A stretch of DNA of 64,000 nucleotides from Octopus vulgaris (taxonomy: Eukaryota). Location: the NCBI GenBank assembly GCA_951406725.2, contig OX597823.1:107756001-107820000 (forward strand), read 5' to 3'. The notes under the pieces were generated by a model. The model worked only from the letters and a program-made list of their open reading frames with translations, was not told the origin of the DNA and searched no databases. A program made the translations under genes and the position numbers. Below, piece by piece: positions 13,976 to 28,385 of this stretch; within the stretch, counting starts at the first letter, position 1, and every line of letters starts with the position of its first letter.

Positions 13976-15094
13976 ACTGCGTTGCAAAATGACTCAACGC
14001 CTGCATTATTACTGAATTGCGCAGCCGATTCACACACGCACATATATATATATATGCGCGCGCGTGTGTGTGTGTCGATATATAGATAGATAAAAAGAGA
14101 GAGGCAGATAGATAGACAGGCAGATCACGGTTAAATTTTTTGCGAATCACTACACAGATTCTCGGCCCGATCCTAATAGCGAAGCGTGTCTTGTGTGGAC
14201 CGAACACGGGTGGAGTGGGTAGCATTTTATATACGTATTTGCGGTAGTCGGAGATATTTAAAAAACGAGGCCTGTCGCTTTGGCTACCGTAACAGGACAG
14301 CCAAAACCAATTCTATGTCACTACTCGATCCTCTGTGAAAACTGTGCTGAAACTTGTGTATGTATGTATGTGTGTGTGTGTGTGTGTATGTGTGTGTGTG
14401 TATGTGTGTGTATGAATGCATGCATGTGTACGCGTGTATTTATGTTTGCCGGTCTAAAATAGTTTTCCATTCTGTGCCAACACGTAAAATAGCAAGTCGA
14501 AAACCTGAGATCGAAATAATATAGATACAGATTGAAATAAATCCTGGGCCCGATGTTATCGATTAGAATTTACTGGAGGCATGGCTCCAGAATGATTCTA
14601 GGTCCAGCCATGAGACTGAACCAGGAAAACAAATATATATATGTGTGTGTGTGTGTGTGTGTATGTGTGCTCGCGCGTGCACATAAGAATTGGTTATAAT
14701 ATAAGTTGGTTTGTTAGTGAATGTGGGTGGAAGATTTAGAAAGCGAAGTAGAAGATTACTATACACCCCCCCCCGACCCCTACACAGTACAAACACAACT
14801 TCCATGTGGATGTGCCTGCCACGCGGTGGATGAATATTAAATAAAATGCATTAGTGTGCCAATACGTTTGTGCGTGTCAGTGCGTGCGTGCGTGCGTGCG
14901 CGTATATGTGTGCGTATGTGTAAATGTATACACACACACACTGAATGGACTGTAGTTGTGACAATACGAATGTAAGTAATTGAAATAAAGTGGTTTTTTC
15001 TTTTTTTTTTTAGTTATTCTTATACAAAAAAATTCTTAGTTATGCTTAAACTGTGGTCGCGCGCACGCATATATAATGTGGCATGTCCATATAT

Positions 15095-15305
15095 ACATAC
15101 ATACATACATACATACATACATACATACACATACATACATACATACATTCATGCATACATGCCTACATACATACATACATACATACATACATACATACAT
15201 ACATACATACATACATACATACATACATACATACATACATACATACATACATACATACATACATACATACATACGTACATACATACATTCATATATACAT
15301 ACATA
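15095..15305. repeat. (ACAT)n array
   Basis: Directly visible. Confidence 0.95.
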
Positions 15306-15441
15306 CAAACCACATGTAATATGTGTGTGTTTGTACAGGTATATATATATGTGTGTGCGTGTGTATGTGTGTTTGTATACGTGCATGACCATATGGATCC
15401 ACCCATTTGTATTATATATGTGTTTATATACTTATGTGTTG

Positions 15442-15480
<39 letters not shown>

Positions 15481-15829
15481 ATGTTTATGTATGTATACAC
15501 ACACATTTATATGCGTGTGTGTATGTTGGGGGGGGGGCGTTCAGCCCAAAGTGGCTTTCACCATAGAATTAGAATTCATTTATTTGTGATGCGAGTATTA
15601 TCATAAGACAAGCTTTCATTTTTGACTGCTCTCTAATAAAAGTAAATTTCTTTTGACCAGAAAACGAATGGCAATAGCCATCACCCTTTTATTGACCAGG
15701 GTTCCCAATATGGCGGAAAAAAGTGAGGACATTATTACCGAGCGAATGTTCTGGCCCAGATGTTATAACCGGATGAACTTCACTAACGGTAGCCCACGAC
15801 TGCTGGTGGTGTTCAAGCGGGTGGTGTAT

Positions 15830-16078
15830 AAAAACCTTGACACACAAGAACTCATTATATAAAGAACCGGACGAAATAATGCAAGGTAATTTGTCCGGCA
15901 GTCGAACAATTCCGCACACTCACCACCATTCACAACTGTTTCATGGTTTATTTCATTGACGTTGAAAAGTTGAACGGCGAAGGTGACTTCATCGAGATCT
16001 GAATTTAGAGCAAAAAAAGCCGGAACAAATAACGCAACTCATTTCATACACAGCATGATTACTTTGCCATTTCGCCGC
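15830..16078 (-). mobile_element. Two highly diverged family A SINE remnants
   Basis: GAACTCA...GGACGAAATA...CACCACC and GGCGAAGGTGAC...TTGCCATTTCGCCGC resemble the family A head. Confidence 0.5.
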
Positions 16079-16539
16079 ATAAAATGTGCACAATACATAT
16101 AGACACGGCAGAGCTTGGGTTCTGGAGAAAGGAAAAAAAAAAAAGCAAAGCCTTAATTCTTGCTCTACAAACGATCATGATATCTAGGACTTTAAAAATC
16201 CGCAAGACCTTAAGCTTTAAAGGTTGATGAACAAAACAAGATGCTTAGGCTAACCTTGCTGCCAATTATGTGGCCTGTTAAGATTTATTCTAAATTAAAA
16301 GGAGAAAAGGATACAAATATATACATACATATATGTTCATATATGAAACACAAACACACATACGCACACATTTTGCGTACGTGTGTGTATATATATATAT
16401 ATATATTTACTTTGTTTTTACGGTTATACCTATATATACATATATATATATATATAATATTATATTATATACAATTTCCATTTTATATTATGTGTGTGTG
16501 TATATATGAATAATATTATATACGATTTCCATTTTATAT

Positions 16540-16583
<44 letters not shown>

Positions 16584-16840
16584 ATATACAATAGAAATCG
16601 TCATATGCATTGCGTTTCTATATGGTTATGTATGCGTATATATGTATATGCATACACATGTGTGAGTGTACATCATATATATATACATACACGCATGCGC
16701 ACGCACACGCACACACACATACATATATAGATATAATACGTACGATATGCGTATAATTATCGATAACATGTTAAAGTATTACATGTGAATATGCTTATAT
16801 GTGCATTCATACGTTAGTTGCACATATATGCATAGGTTTA

Positions 16841-16881
<41 letters not shown>

Positions 16882-16890
16882 GGGTAGGAT

Positions 16891-17430
16891 CAGAGGTGTA
16901 TCTAAGTTCTACAGTTAGTGAGAACCAGCGCATAAAAAATGGTGCTGTGGAACGTACCAAACAAATTTTTAAACTAATTCCTTTTTATAATACGCGAAAT
17001 ATTTCAGTAGTCTTAAAATACGTAATTGTGGTCTAGTTTCATTAATTTCATGTTTCAGCAACATTATATGGTTATGTATGAAACTGACAACCACTGATCT
17101 AGGGGTGACTTGAAAATGGCCTAACTGCATGGGATCGTCAAGCGTCGAGAGATTATGACGTCGGGGTTTGTTTTGGTTCTTCAGATGTCAACAGCTACAA
17201 ACACAGCACAGGAGATTGAGCAGATCAAAAACACAGGTGGTTGGTCAAGTAGAGTAATGATTCCAGAAAGTTCTTCCAGGGCCTTGTAATTAACAAAAAA
17301 CAAAACAAAAAACAAAAAATTCGACTTTTATCGCTGAGTTTTAAAAAATTGTTGAAAGACGACAATTTTTGAAAAAATGTTTTCGCGGGGACAGGTCGCA
17401 CCACTTGCTCCTTTATTAGCAACGCCACTG
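16891..17430. mobile_element. hAT-type non-autonomous DNA transposon (MITE), 540 bp
   Basis: Perfect 8-bp TSD GGTAGGAT at 16883-16890 and 17431-17438. Imperfect TIRs CAGAGGTGTATCTAA and CAGTGGCGTTGCTAA (reverse complement of the right end). The interior is homologous to 61771-62154. Confidence 0.85.
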
Positions 17431-18159
17431 GGTAGGATTAACCATGAAACCAGTGCTTTGACTGCCAAAAGAATGACTTTGTCCCGCACTGGATTTATTA
17501 TATTATACATGGAAATTATGAAGTATTTTTGTTTCATAGGAAAAAAAAATGGTTTTTAACATACGCATTTTATACGTTGTCCTGTAAGCATAGAAGTAAT
17601 TTTGTTTATATTACTCTTATAGAGTGTTAAATATATAAATTAAAAAACAAACATGAAATAGGATGTCTTTAATATATTTGTGAGGTTTGGCCAAGAGCTA
17701 AGTCCCTGAAGAAAATTTAATTTATAATCAAACTAATATGTCACAATCAAAACTTTGTTAGTATCTTGCCAGACAATAGAAGGGTTGATGGTACTCTATT
17801 TTCAGGTGTATATTAAAGGTATCAGTTCTTTTTAAACGGAGTTAATCATGATGATTTGTTGTTTACTGTATCCTTTTCTGTCCTGTATCTTGACAATTCG
17901 GAAAATAGTATCGGTAAAGCGATAAACCAAATAGCATACTGATATTGGTACGGGAATCGATTTGAACGGAAGCTGTGGCCCCAGCTGGGCAGTTGTACAA
18001 TTTCTGAAACCAACGAAAGGAAAGGAATATTCTTTTATTTATTCGGTGAGTTTAATATTGGACTACCTCGAAGGGTGTTAGTTTATCTCACACCCACGCG
18101 CGTGGTCATGTATATTGTTTATAACATAGACTTACAAACACGCCCGCACATATGTAAAA

Positions 18160-18470
18160 AGATGTCAGAATTTCCGTCCAGGAGTTTTTTCAGTTGTACA
18201 GTTGACGGAAATACCAAGTTCCTTGAATAAGCGGACATTAGGGTGACACGCGTAGCCCCTATATTATAGTTCCGAAACTGTGTCAGCGTGACACAGTATG
18301 ACAAGACTGTTTCCTTTAATCTCAGATGCAATTTATCCGATCGACGAGTATAGTTTCAGCTCGACTCAGTTTCATTTACAAGGCATGGCTCAATCCCAGG
18401 CTACAGAAAGATGCCACGCACTGGGAACGGACGCTGGACATTGTGACCGAGAAGAGGACTTCTACACAAA
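18160..18470 (-). mobile_element. Highly diverged SINE remnant
   Basis: AAGATGCCACGCACTGGGA matches the family B head; CAGCGTGACACAGTATGACAAG matches the tail type seen at 31820-31980. Confidence 0.5.
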
Positions 18471-18503
18471 CATTATAAGAATACACACACACACACATAC
18501 ATA

Positions 18504-18586
<83 letters not shown>

Positions 18587-18694
18587 CATATATATAACAG
18601 AATCCCCGATAAAGAATTGGGAGTGTAAGTTCAAATCATTTGAGCTCTACTACGTGTTTTCTATATTGAACGTCTCTGGATCTCATCTGATGAC

Positions 18695-18731
<37 letters not shown>

Positions 18732-18768
18732 ATGTATGTATGTATGTATGTATGTATGTATATTTTTA

Positions 18769-19786
18769 CAGCACCCCAGTAATGACCTCATTTGCATACA
18801 ACCAATCAGAGCTCACCTTGACCTTGATGTCAAGTTAACAAACACGCTCTACCAAGTAAACTCAAGACGAAGAACGGTGTTGTAAGTGGACGGAACGCCA
18901 AGTTACGTCTGATTTTAGAAGGAGACAAGGAATTGGATAGATTTGCATCTATACCAGTTATCGGATTTTGTTAGGGTCCCATAAGGTAAAGATGTGGATG
19001 GGGAAAATGTGGGTAGAGTGTGATGTGCTGGCAACCCTCTCCCCTTACTGCTTTACAAAGCAAACAACAACACAAATAACAACACAGAGGCAGCCATGGT
19101 TCAAACAAGAACAAGAACAACACGCGTTATTCTTTTCTACTCTAGGCACAGTCGACCCCGAAAGGATGAAAGGCAAAGTCGACGTCGGTAGAATTTGAAC
19201 TCAGAACATAAAGACAGACGAAATACCTATTTCTTTACTACCCACAAGGGTAGAGCGGACAAACATGAACAGACAAACGGATTAAGTCGATTATATCGAC
19301 CCCAGTGCGTAACTGGTACTTATTTAATCGACCCCGAAAGGATGAAAGGCAAAGTCGACCTCGGCAGAATTTGAACTCAGAATGTAGGGGCAGACGAAAT
19401 ACCTATTTCTTTATTACCCACAAGGGGCTAAACATAGAGCGGACAAACAAGGACAGACATAGGTATTAAGTCGATTACATCGACCCCAGTGCGTAACTGG
19501 TACTTAATTTATCGACCCCGAAAGGATGAAAGGCAAAGTCGACCTCGGCGGAATTTGAACTCACAACGTAACGCAGACGAAATACCGCTAAGCATTTCGT
19601 CCGGCGTGCTAACGTTTCTGCCAGCTCGCCACCTTACAACTAGCATTATTAAAAGAGAAAATATACATGATCGTTCTTTACCCAAGAGACCTTATCTTAT
19701 CACCCACCACTTGCTTTGCGCTCATACATTAGTTTGCAATTGAGCTATGATTGGTTGTATGCAAATGAGCTCCTAACTGGAGTCTG
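18769..19786. mobile_element. Putative MITE or foldback element bounded by about 46-bp inverted repeats, with a SINE multimer inserted inside
   Basis: 18769-18815 (CCAGTAATGACCTCATTTGCATACAACCAATCAGAGCTCA) matches the reverse complement of 19741-19786 (CCAGTTAGGAGCTCATTTGCATACAACCAATCATAGCTCA). No clear TSD. Confidence 0.6.
19127..19633 (-). mobile_element. tRNA-derived SINE (family A) present as a head-to-tail trimer
   Basis: The sense head GGTGGCGAGCTGGCAGAAACGTTAGCACG...GAGTTCAAATTC carries A/B-box-like motifs. CGACCCCGAAAGGATGAAAGGCAAAGTCGAC occurs three times at about 180-bp spacing. Confidence 0.9.
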
Positions 19787-19895
19787 GAACTCTCGTAGAA
19801 AAAAAAAAAAAAAGACATCGATGCCCGATCATAGAGTGATCAATTGTGTCACATTCACCCTGTTTTGAATGTATGATCCACTGACGATATATTTA

Positions 19896-19972
<77 letters not shown>

Positions 19973-20065
19973 GTATATATGTATGCATGTATACATGTAT
20001 ACATGTATATATATATGTAGCTATATATGCATTTATACGCGTATGTGTATGTATGTATATATGCA

Positions 20066-20102
<37 letters not shown>

Positions 20103-20270
20103 CACATGGAAATCAAACAAAACACAACATACGGAAAATAGACGATAACCTAATAAACGGCATACAGGACAGAATGGACCATTCGCAGCAGATTTCCTCT
20201 TCAGTCGGTTTTTATATATGTTTGGATATGTATGTATGTTTGTATATATATATGTATTTTTATATATATA

Positions 20271-20325
<55 letters not shown>

Positions 20326-20598
20326 ATTTAGGCCATATAAGCGGGCCTCCCAATGCTATTACTCTGCTTAGAATTTCCAAATCTCATCGTATAAGGTCGA
20401 TCGCCTAACAGGTGAATCTTTCAGCTTCGCGGAGTGTCAGGCTAACCTCCCCCCCCCCTCTCCTCGCAGTAGCGAAAAGCAGAACGTAGGATCAAAGAGC
20501 GTGGCAGCGGTGGGAGGGAAAAGGATGCTGGATCCGTGGAAGATTGAACCACTGAATTAAATCATAAGTATATTTGTACTGTAAATAATCGACGATAA

Positions 20599-20689
<91 letters not shown>

Positions 20690-20803
20690 GTGCGTATGTG
20701 TGTGTGTAAGTATAAGTAAATGTATGTATATATATTATTTTTACATATATACATACATGCAATAATATCTATGTATTTATGCATATATATATGTATATGT
20801 ATG

Positions 20804-20839
<36 letters not shown>

Positions 20840-21109
20840 TATATCGTATTTATATATATAATGTGTGGTTTGTATCTATATATATATTTATTTGTATGTG
20901 TGTAAATATGTGTGTCAGTACCACTACACGCACACACACGCACACGCACACACACACAAACACCTACAGGTACACATATGTGTAGATTTAGTGGCTTTCG
21001 AAATGTCTCCCCCGTAACTCGAGATAAATATAATCAGTACTAAAATACTTTTTAGTGTTTTTCTCAAACCACCCAACTAATGGGGGATCCGTTTTAATAA
21101 CTGACCAAC

Positions 21110-21253
21110 CTTGCAGGTCCAATGGAGTTTTGCTTCGCAATAAGGGGACTCGATGCGATGATCCCCGCTGCTTGGCAGACCTTGAGCTGACCGTTGGCCT
21201 TCTGAGTGACATTGCGTGCTGTCTATGTGGAAGCTGGTGGGACGGAATTGTAC
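21110..21253 (-). CDS. Candidate internal coding exon (144 bp, symmetric) of an unidentified gene: (G)TIPSHQLPHRQHAMSLRRPTVSSRSAKQRGSSHRVPLLRSKTPLDLQ
   Basis: GC-rich unique island; acceptor ...tttaaattgcag|G and donor CAAG|gttggt; length divisible by 3; open in phase 1 and also in phase 0. No recognisable domain. Confidence 0.55.
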
Positions 21254-21674
21254 CTGCAATTTAAACGTCCCTCTTACATACTGAGTCACGATGATTAAGA
21301 TGAGGATTAAGTTGGTAGAAGATGTGGCTGTTGGAATATTCAACCACTTGCACGCTCACGTAAATTTACTGGGTACGGGTGTACGGTAGTTCAATTGAGC
21401 AGACAACCGGAAATTCATGGTCAGAAATGTTGAATGATATTCCCACACATATACACATATTCGCACACTTACATCAACACACACACGCACACACTCAGAA
21501 AATACCAGATCCGTTTTAGTCACCTAAAACACAAACATGAATTTCTTTTCATGTATTTCTTGTGAGGTGGGAAAATGTTTGCAGCACTACGCCCTGTCAG
21601 TAACAGTCTCACAGGCACTATGCCCCCCGAGGCGGTTCCTCCCTATATCTATGTATGTGTGTTTAAGTATAGGT

Positions 21675-21810
21675 CTGTCTAAATGGTTAAGAAGTTCACT
21701 TTGTTGTCGTGCAGTGCCGGGTTCGATTTCACGGTACGGCACGTTAGACACGTGTCTTCTACAAAAAAACTCGAGGGTGGAATATAGTGAAATTGTACGG
21801 TAGCCCGGTA
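21675..21810 (+). mobile_element. Diverged family B SINE head
   Basis: TGGTTAAGAAG...CCGGGTTCGATT...GGCAC...GTGTCTTCTAC. Confidence 0.6.
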
Positions 21811-22381
21811 TTTGAACCTGTGATGCTCTGACTTAAGTACTCAGTATGCTTACATACAAACACATTTATATTTTATATGCAGAGAGAGACAGAGAGAGAG
21901 AACCTGCACATAGACCATAAGTAGGCTCATTCTTTTGAGAAACATGTGGAAATAAGTGCTCGGGTGTATGCGGACTTGGTGTACTTGAGGGGGAAAAACG
22001 CGTTTTTGTTTTACTAAGACGCATCTGCATGATCGTTACTTTGTATGCATGGCTATGTCAATGTTAATATTTATAAGTGTAAGTGAATGATAAAATACTG
22101 CAAATAACTCTTTATACATACATGCATTCCTACATTTTCACATGTATATGTATGCATGTTGCTTGTGTGTTGCCAGTATTTATATATATATATATACCAA
22201 AAAAAAAAAAAGAGAAAGTTTTAAATAAAGGAAAGCAAATCGAGGAACAAAATCTGTACACCTGATGATTGCGGTGTGACGTGGGGTTCGATTTGCAAAT
22301 AAAATATTCAGTTTCAATAAGCAAATATATTCTACAAGTATGGAGTATTCTCTTTTCGTCGACAAACTCTGTTATCATTTC

Positions 22382-22427
<46 letters not shown>

Positions 22428-22604
22428 TACACACAGACGCATGTATCAATGTATAGGTATAATAGATTCCATGTCTAAGTCCTTTTTGACTTTTGTTGTT
22501 TTGTTATTTTCTTTATTTTATTTAAGTATATATGTACGTATGTATGTATGTACCCATCTATCTACCTATCTATCTACTTTTATGTATATATATATGTATG
22601 TGTG

Positions 22605-22653
<49 letters not shown>

Positions 22654-22667
22654 TATATATATATATG

Positions 22668-22703
<36 letters not shown>

Positions 22704-22761
22704 TATCTATATATATGTGTGTATATATACATGTACATTTATATATATGTATATATATGTG

Positions 22762-22799
<38 letters not shown>

Positions 22800-22800
22800 A

Positions 22801-22867
<67 letters not shown>

Positions 22868-23496
22868 TAAAGGATAATGAATGTTGAAAAACTATTGTCA
22901 GACTAAAGTGCCAAAACTACTTGAGTCAACCTCATCAAAATGGCAATTCAAAAGACAATATTTTCAATTTCGGGAACAGTGAGCCATGGTGCCTGTTGGT
23001 TCGCAGGATCTGGTCTCTGAGGTTGTCTAATTTTTCTCTGGGCGAGTTGCAGATGGATCTATTTATGGTATTAACAAAAAGAATAAAATGAATAAAAAAT
23101 AAAATGAAATAATTTTTTTTTTTTGTCTACATTGATTGCTTTTGTGAGAAGAGAACATAGGAAGTTGTGATATTCATCAAGTTCTTTTACAAAGATTATT
23201 GCGAGGAAGTGACGTTAATATATCACAAATATTTTCAGACCGGAAATCGAAGTCGATTCACATGTTGAGGGTTCAGAAATGTTAGTCCTACTGTAAATAT
23301 ACAAAGTGTATATAATATAGACAGAAAGGTCGTTGCAGTATAGGGGTTGGAGTAACAGGGAGAGAAGACAGAGCTGAGAATACAGGGTTTTATATATTTA
23401 TATAAGACGAGCACAATCTCTTGCACTTAAATGTCACTAACAGAAATGTATGCCTGTGTATGCATGCATAGTGTGTATATATATATATATATATAT

Positions 23497-23543
<47 letters not shown>

Positions 23544-23593
23544 TTATATGTATGTATATGTGTGTATATATATATATATATGTATGTTTGTAC

Positions 23594-23659
<66 letters not shown>

Positions 23660-24770
23660 CTCTCTCTATCTGTCTGTCTGTCTGTCTGTCTGTCTATTTG
23701 TCTATATGCATGTCTGATTATCTAGTTCCCTTCCTCCCTCACTTTCTCTCAGTGTGTGTTCGGATCTGTGTGTGTTCGTGCTGATGCGTATATGTATTAT
23801 ACCAAAATATGACCACAACCCACAAGAGACCTCAGTACATTACCTTAACAATTTTCCTGACTTGTATACCTGTTTTATTTAATTAAGAATTATGAGCCAA
23901 AAGGAACCTGTTTCATATATATATATATATATATACAAACATACACACAAACACACACACATATATATATATACACACACACACTCATGTATATATGTAT
24001 TTATATATGTGTGCGTGCGTGTGTGTATGTATGTATGATTGTATGTATGTAGTGTTTAATTATAAGCTCAGGAAATCCATCCGTATTTAATGTATATTCT
24101 GACCTATGACTGAGATATCATATATTCTGAAACAGCAACGTAGTAATGTCATACTTGAGGAATAACATGCTCACACGCAACTGGGTTATACACCAGAGAA
24201 CGAATAACGGTCGCCAATACATACAAACCTCCGTCACATACCTTAGACACTTGTTAGAGCCAAGCCAAGGAGAACGGAAACAGAATCATAAAAGAAACCA
24301 TGTCACGTGGCAATAATAGGAGCCAAAGTTTTCGGCCCAGAAGCGAGGACCACAACCTGTTGAAATGGGTAAGACACAGTCGCGATGCCCTAGGAATGAG
24401 TCGCTTGTTACTTGCAAAAGATAGCATTTCTTTATTAAGCCATGCAGGGCCGAACACTGTGGGGACAATAACGCTTTGAGAACACTTGCAAGTGGTTTAC
24501 CTGACTATGCACACATTTGCTTTCAAGAGTAATAGATCGCACCGGTCGATACAGGTACACATTAATTACATGCATACACACAATATATAGATAAATATGT
24601 ATATGCACACACACAAACACAGACACACACATGTACAATACAACATAGATATGGATGTGTGTACGTTTGTATACGCATGGATATGTAAATAAATATATAT
24701 ATGTGTGTGTGTGTATGCATGTACATATGTCTCACTCGGTTTTTGTGTGTATAAATAAATAAATATGTAC

Positions 24771-24822
<52 letters not shown>

Positions 24823-24981
24823 ATATGTGTATGTATGTATATATGTGTATGTATGTGTGTGTATATATATATATATGTATAGACACACACAGAGACATAC
24901 ACATAATTATGTTTCTAGGCGTTTCTCCTGCACGTCCGCAGTGCAATGACTGAAACAAGTGTAAGAACATATATGTGTATT

Positions 24982-25029
<48 letters not shown>

Positions 25030-25052
25030 CACATACATATAAATATATATAT

Positions 25053-25090
<38 letters not shown>

Positions 25091-25279
25091 GCATACATAC
25101 ACATATACATACACACATCCATACATACACACACACACACACACATCATGCTGACCACTGATGCAATATGCTCAAAAACATTTCAAAAGATTTCTAAAAT
25201 AAGTCTAGAAATTATATTTCATCATTTTGTTCAGAGATGCATATAAATGCGTCTAAATACTTATGTGTAACATGGACAA

Positions 25280-25320
<41 letters not shown>

Positions 25321-25609
25321 TATGCACACGTATATATGGACATAATATATCATATAAAATGTGTATATACAGAAAAGTGGTACATAACAGTAAAGGTAAT
25401 GTTGTTATAACTATAGGGTTATATAATATATGCATATTATTATATATATGTGTGTGTGTGTGTGTGTATAATCTTCAAATATCTTTATTCAATAACAAAA
25501 ATATATATTTTTGCATTTAATACGAACACACACACAAGGAAATGCATACAGGAGCATCCCACCGCACATACACATATACATACATGTGTCTAAATATATA
25601 TATATAGGT

Positions 25610-25650
<41 letters not shown>

Positions 25651-26294
25651 TATGTACATATATATATATCTATATCTATATCTATCTATCTATCTACCTA
25701 TATATATATGTGTGTGTATATATGATACATATATATGCTTACGTATTGAAATCTAAATACATGTACATATATGCACACACTCATACACACATATATATTC
25801 ACTGATGTTCTGAATGTGTGTTTATGCCTGTCAATGAGTGTGACCGAACACACACACATATGTACACACGCCGAGGCTGCAGGCGCATCTTTGTAAGAAA
25901 GAATCAGTCACAATTGAGTATAGGAAATAAAATATCAAAATAGCTTCTTCTCTGGTGCACTACCACAAAACATATGAAAAATTCTTTAGTGAGGCACAAA
26001 CGTCCATGTCTCTAACAGCAGAAAATATATGCGCATTTTTAGTGCAGAAATCATATGCATATCTTCGGCGTACCAAATAAGAGCATATTTTAGAGAGCAG
26101 AAAATATATGCATTAAAGAAAATCTGGGATGTTGTAATTGTGCAATATAGCTGCAGAAAAAGTAGTGGACTAAATTTATGCTCAGAAAAAATATAAAAAT
26201 ATGGTCATTGTATTTATTAGGAATTGTGTTTAGTACTCTAGAACCGGACAGTAGTAATAAGGAGTTCTGTCGTTTGTGTGTGTGTGAGTGTACA

Positions 26295-26345
<51 letters not shown>

Positions 26346-26868
26346 GTGTGTGTGTGTGTGTGTGAGAGAGCGCACGCAGATAGTGTACACATACATGTAT
26401 TTATTCATGTGTGTGTATATAACTGTACACACACATATACATATAAAGTATAGACATGCTTATTCTAACCATGTTATAAAATGGTAAATGGATGAGTACA
26501 TCTCTGTATATATTTATATAACCACCCCCGTGTTCTTCCCTTCTTTCGTATCATCTACCTTTATAAAATATCATATATTAATATCACCATTTCTCTCTAA
26601 CCATATCTATATGTTTCTATATCTTGTATTCATCAACAGATATCTGTATCCCCCATCATTGATATGTGTACCTATGCATAATGTGGGTGGGTGGGTGGAT
26701 GGGTGCCTGACACACATTCATGATTCATACAGAAACTGGATGCTATTTTACATCTTTTTTCCAACATGAACATGGAATTAGTGTATGTTCGTAAATACAC
26801 ACGTAACACTCCCTCACACACGCATTATATATATATGTGTGTGTGTGTATCTATCTATCTATCTATCT

Positions 26869-26911
<43 letters not shown>

Positions 26912-26929
26912 CATGTCTCTCTGTATATC

Positions 26930-27234
26930 TGTATGTATGTATGTATGTATGTATGTATGTATGTATGTATGTATGTATGTATGTATGTATGTATGTATGT
27001 ATGTATGTATGTATGTATGTATGTATGTATGTATGTGTGTGTATGTATGTATGTATGTGTGTATGTATTGTATATATGTATGTATGTATATGTACGTGTG
27101 TACAGAGTGTGTGCATTGCTGACAAACTCAACATCATGCAAATTGTATCTACACATGTTCATTGAAATATGCATATTAACAAGTGTTTATATATGAATCG
27201 CCAAAAAGCCACAGCCCATGAGGGATACAGGGTG

Positions 27235-27282
<48 letters not shown>

Positions 27283-27390
27283 TACATACATACATACATA
27301 CATACATACATACATACATACATACATACATACATAAACATACATACATACATACATACATACATACATACATACATACATAAACATACA
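26930..27390. repeat. (TATG)n and opposing (CA)n/(CATA)n arrays
   Basis: Directly visible; the two arrays are mutually complementary. Confidence 0.9.
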
Positions 27391-28197
27391 TGCTTGAGCG
27401 GGCGCATATACATATATATATATATACCAGTGTGCCTGATTGGAAATGTGTGTATAGTTGTGCGTGTGTGCAGTGGCCCATATCAAGTATTCTGTAAACC
27501 ATAATCTTAAGACAGCCCCTCCCCCGCCTCCTCCCCACACTCGGCCTCTACTAACACTTCTAGATAGGACAATACTGGAACCCCAGGATATAGAGCAAGA
27601 CCCGCGCAAACCCCTTACAGCAGTCCCCACTGAAGGCGCACCGGCATAGCAGTGTTGGCTGAAAGACACACACATACATATAAATACACGGATGCATGCG
27701 CATATACTAAACCGACTGACGCCCGCTCGCAACACACAATGACCGCAGAGTCAGGATATTCCTGTTGAAAGTGACGGCAACTCTAGTATGATTAACAGTT
27801 GTTGTTACAACTTGATATTACACTCCACCTATTACCCCACCCTGCTTTGTGTGTGTGTGTTAATGCCACCCACACTTACTTTCTTATCATAAGGTACACG
27901 TGTATCTCTTCTCAATACACTCGCTTCACAAAAGTCGCACTTTTGTCAAAAAAAAAAAAAGAAAATACTGAATAGAAAATAATCCGACCAACAAAACTGT
28001 TGCATCGCCTTTTAATATTGTCGCAGATGTAATTTTATTTTTGTGATGTACAACTGCTTGGTACCAATGACTCATCATCATCATCATCATCATCATTGCC
28101 ATCATCGTCGTCATCGTTGTCATCGTCATCATTGTCATCATCATCGACATCAAGATGTCAATAAGAACAGGAATTTTATTCGCTTATTTATTTATTG

Positions 28198-28385
<188 letters not shown>

